A stretch of DNA of 64,000 nucleotides from an uncultured Kineothrix sp. (GTDB taxonomy: Bacteria > Bacillota > Clostridia > Lachnospirales > Lachnospiraceae): NCBI GenBank assembly GCA_964519385.1, contig CAZFLR010000007.1, positions 16,045 to 80,044 of the forward strand. The letters run 5' to 3'. The first letter of the stretch is position 1; every line of letters begins with the position of its first letter. The position numbers and the translations under genes are program-made. Shown in pieces: positions 63,134-64,000 of this stretch. The notes below the pieces were generated by a model that was not told where the DNA came from, made no database searches, and saw nothing but the letters and a program-made list of their open reading frames with translations.

Positions 63134-63940
63134 CTATTTTAACCTCTTTACCTCATCTATTTTTTGTAATAACTGCTCTGAATAATGCTCTTCTTCGTTT
63201 GCCTGCCTATAGAACTTCTCGACTTCTTTTCTTATTTCTTCCAGCTCCTTGTCCGTTTCCTCTACCTGCTGCTCAAGCTGCTTATAGTAACCGAGCTTGT
63301 GCTCCCTTACGTTCAGGTATTCGATACGCCATATATTTACCAGCGTAAACAACAGAAGAACCGATGGCATGGTCGTAAGAATTTGCACCCATTCACTCAA
63401 AAAGTCCGTTGCAAAGAAAATGGCAAGCATTATTAATCCCGTGATTTTCAGCAGTTCCTGACCGGCCAGACAAAACTGACCCCAAATATATCTGGCCGCA
63501 AAAAATCCCGGTATGCAGAACAAAATATAGAACACTAAAATCACCGGTGTCATATTTTCCATGTAATAGCTCACCAGCTTCATATCTATCTTACAGTATA
63601 TGGTTAGAAAAATGAATTTAAATAATTGACATACGGAACGAAACATCAGGATATTACAGAAAAACCATGCTAATCCCCATATTTCTTTTCCCTTTGAAAA
63701 AATCAAATACAGCAGACAGGTCGAAATAAGCAAAACAATCTTAACATTTCCGCTGCCTATATGCGTGAAAATAGTCAGAACATCACACACCCCATACAGC
63801 AGACCGCTGCAGAAAAAAACCACTTTTCTCCAGCCCTTAAATGAAATGCCGTTTCTGTTTAACAAATAGATTGCAGTTATTTCTGCACATGCCAGAATTA
63901 TACTTAAAACCAGAATTGTATTCACAACTTTTTCCCTCAT
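63134..63940 (-). CDS. Polytopic membrane protein paralogous to the kinase sensor domain, with a C-terminal coiled coil and no kinase core
   Basis: 268 aa. IYCKIDMKLVSYYMENMTPVILVFYILF parallels IVCKFDMTKASDFMNAPTWFNYFYVLIV in the kinase. It ends in a charged helix (EQQVEETDKELEEIRKEVEKF) with no H, N or G boxes. Confidence 0.7.
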   Translation of the reverse strand: MREKVVNTILVLSIILACAEITAIYLLNRNGISFKGWRKVVFFCSGLLYGVCDVLTIFTHIGSGNVKIVLLISTCLLYLIFSKGKEIWGLAWFFCNILMFRSVCQLFKFIFLTIYCKIDMKLVSYYMENMTPVILVFYILFCIPGFFAARYIWGQFCLAGQELLKITGLIMLAIFFATDFLSEWVQILTTMPSVLLLFTLVNIWRIEYLNVREHKLGYYKQLEQQVEETDKELEEIRKEVEKFYRQANEEEHYSEQLLQKIDEVKRLK

Positions 63941-64000
63941 TTATAAGAATTCAGGATAATAATATCAAATTTCTTTCTATTATTCCATATAATTCCATAT

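Noticed and set aside
1-64000. CRISPR arrays, tRNA/rRNA genes, integrases or intact transposases, prophage or defence-system signatures
   Set aside because: I looked for regular short repeats, cloverleaf-like or rRNA-like stretches, and typical recombinase, nuclease or ATPase motifs, and found none. The only long repeat is the flagellin duplication.

Overview
64-kb window from a Firmicute, Clostridia/Lachnospiraceae-like by gene content (inference only). The core is a late flagellar gene string on the minus strand: flgM-flgN-flgK-flgK'-flgL-fliW-csrA-flaG-fliD-fliS-(fliT-like), then two tandem flagellin genes. These carry sigma-28/SigD-type promoters, and both flagellin leaders have CsrA-type GGA hairpins. 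Glycan-modification islands flank the string on both sides. Left island (5.9-19.4 kb): three paralogous GT2-TPR transferases, a GT2, a DUF4422 protein, two CgeB-like GT-B proteins, a GT11 fucosyltransferase, UDP-galactopyranose mutase, and a cytidylyltransferase-HAD fusion. Right island (31.3-49.2 kb), co-directional with the flagellar genes: rpe-tarI-tarJ for CDP-ribitol, a TagF-like phosphotransferase fused to a beta-propeller, a Stealth sugar-1-P transferase, a pyruvyl transferase, an FrhB-like/acetyltransferase fusion, a GT2, a COG5610-type HAD protein and an aldo-keto reductase. Neither island encodes a flippase, ABC exporter, polymerase or priming phosphoglycosyltransferase. My main hypothesis is therefore cytoplasmic glycosylation of flagellin (or another protein) with teichoic-acid-like substituents. 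A further SigD-type promoter precedes two uncharacterised envelope proteins at 49.3-50.9 kb. The rest of the window is ordinary. The left edge holds a sortase B and a partial Cna-B-type surface protein. The right part holds a radical SAM/SPASM gene with a Cys-rich membrane protein, feoA-feoB plus a small Cys-rich protein missing from the ORF track, a MocR-type regulator lacking the PLP lysine, plsC, a lipoprotein, an NSS transporter, fruK, and a LytTR/AgrC-like two-component system with a kinase-less sensor paralog. I saw no rRNA, tRNA, CRISPR array or intact mobile element.
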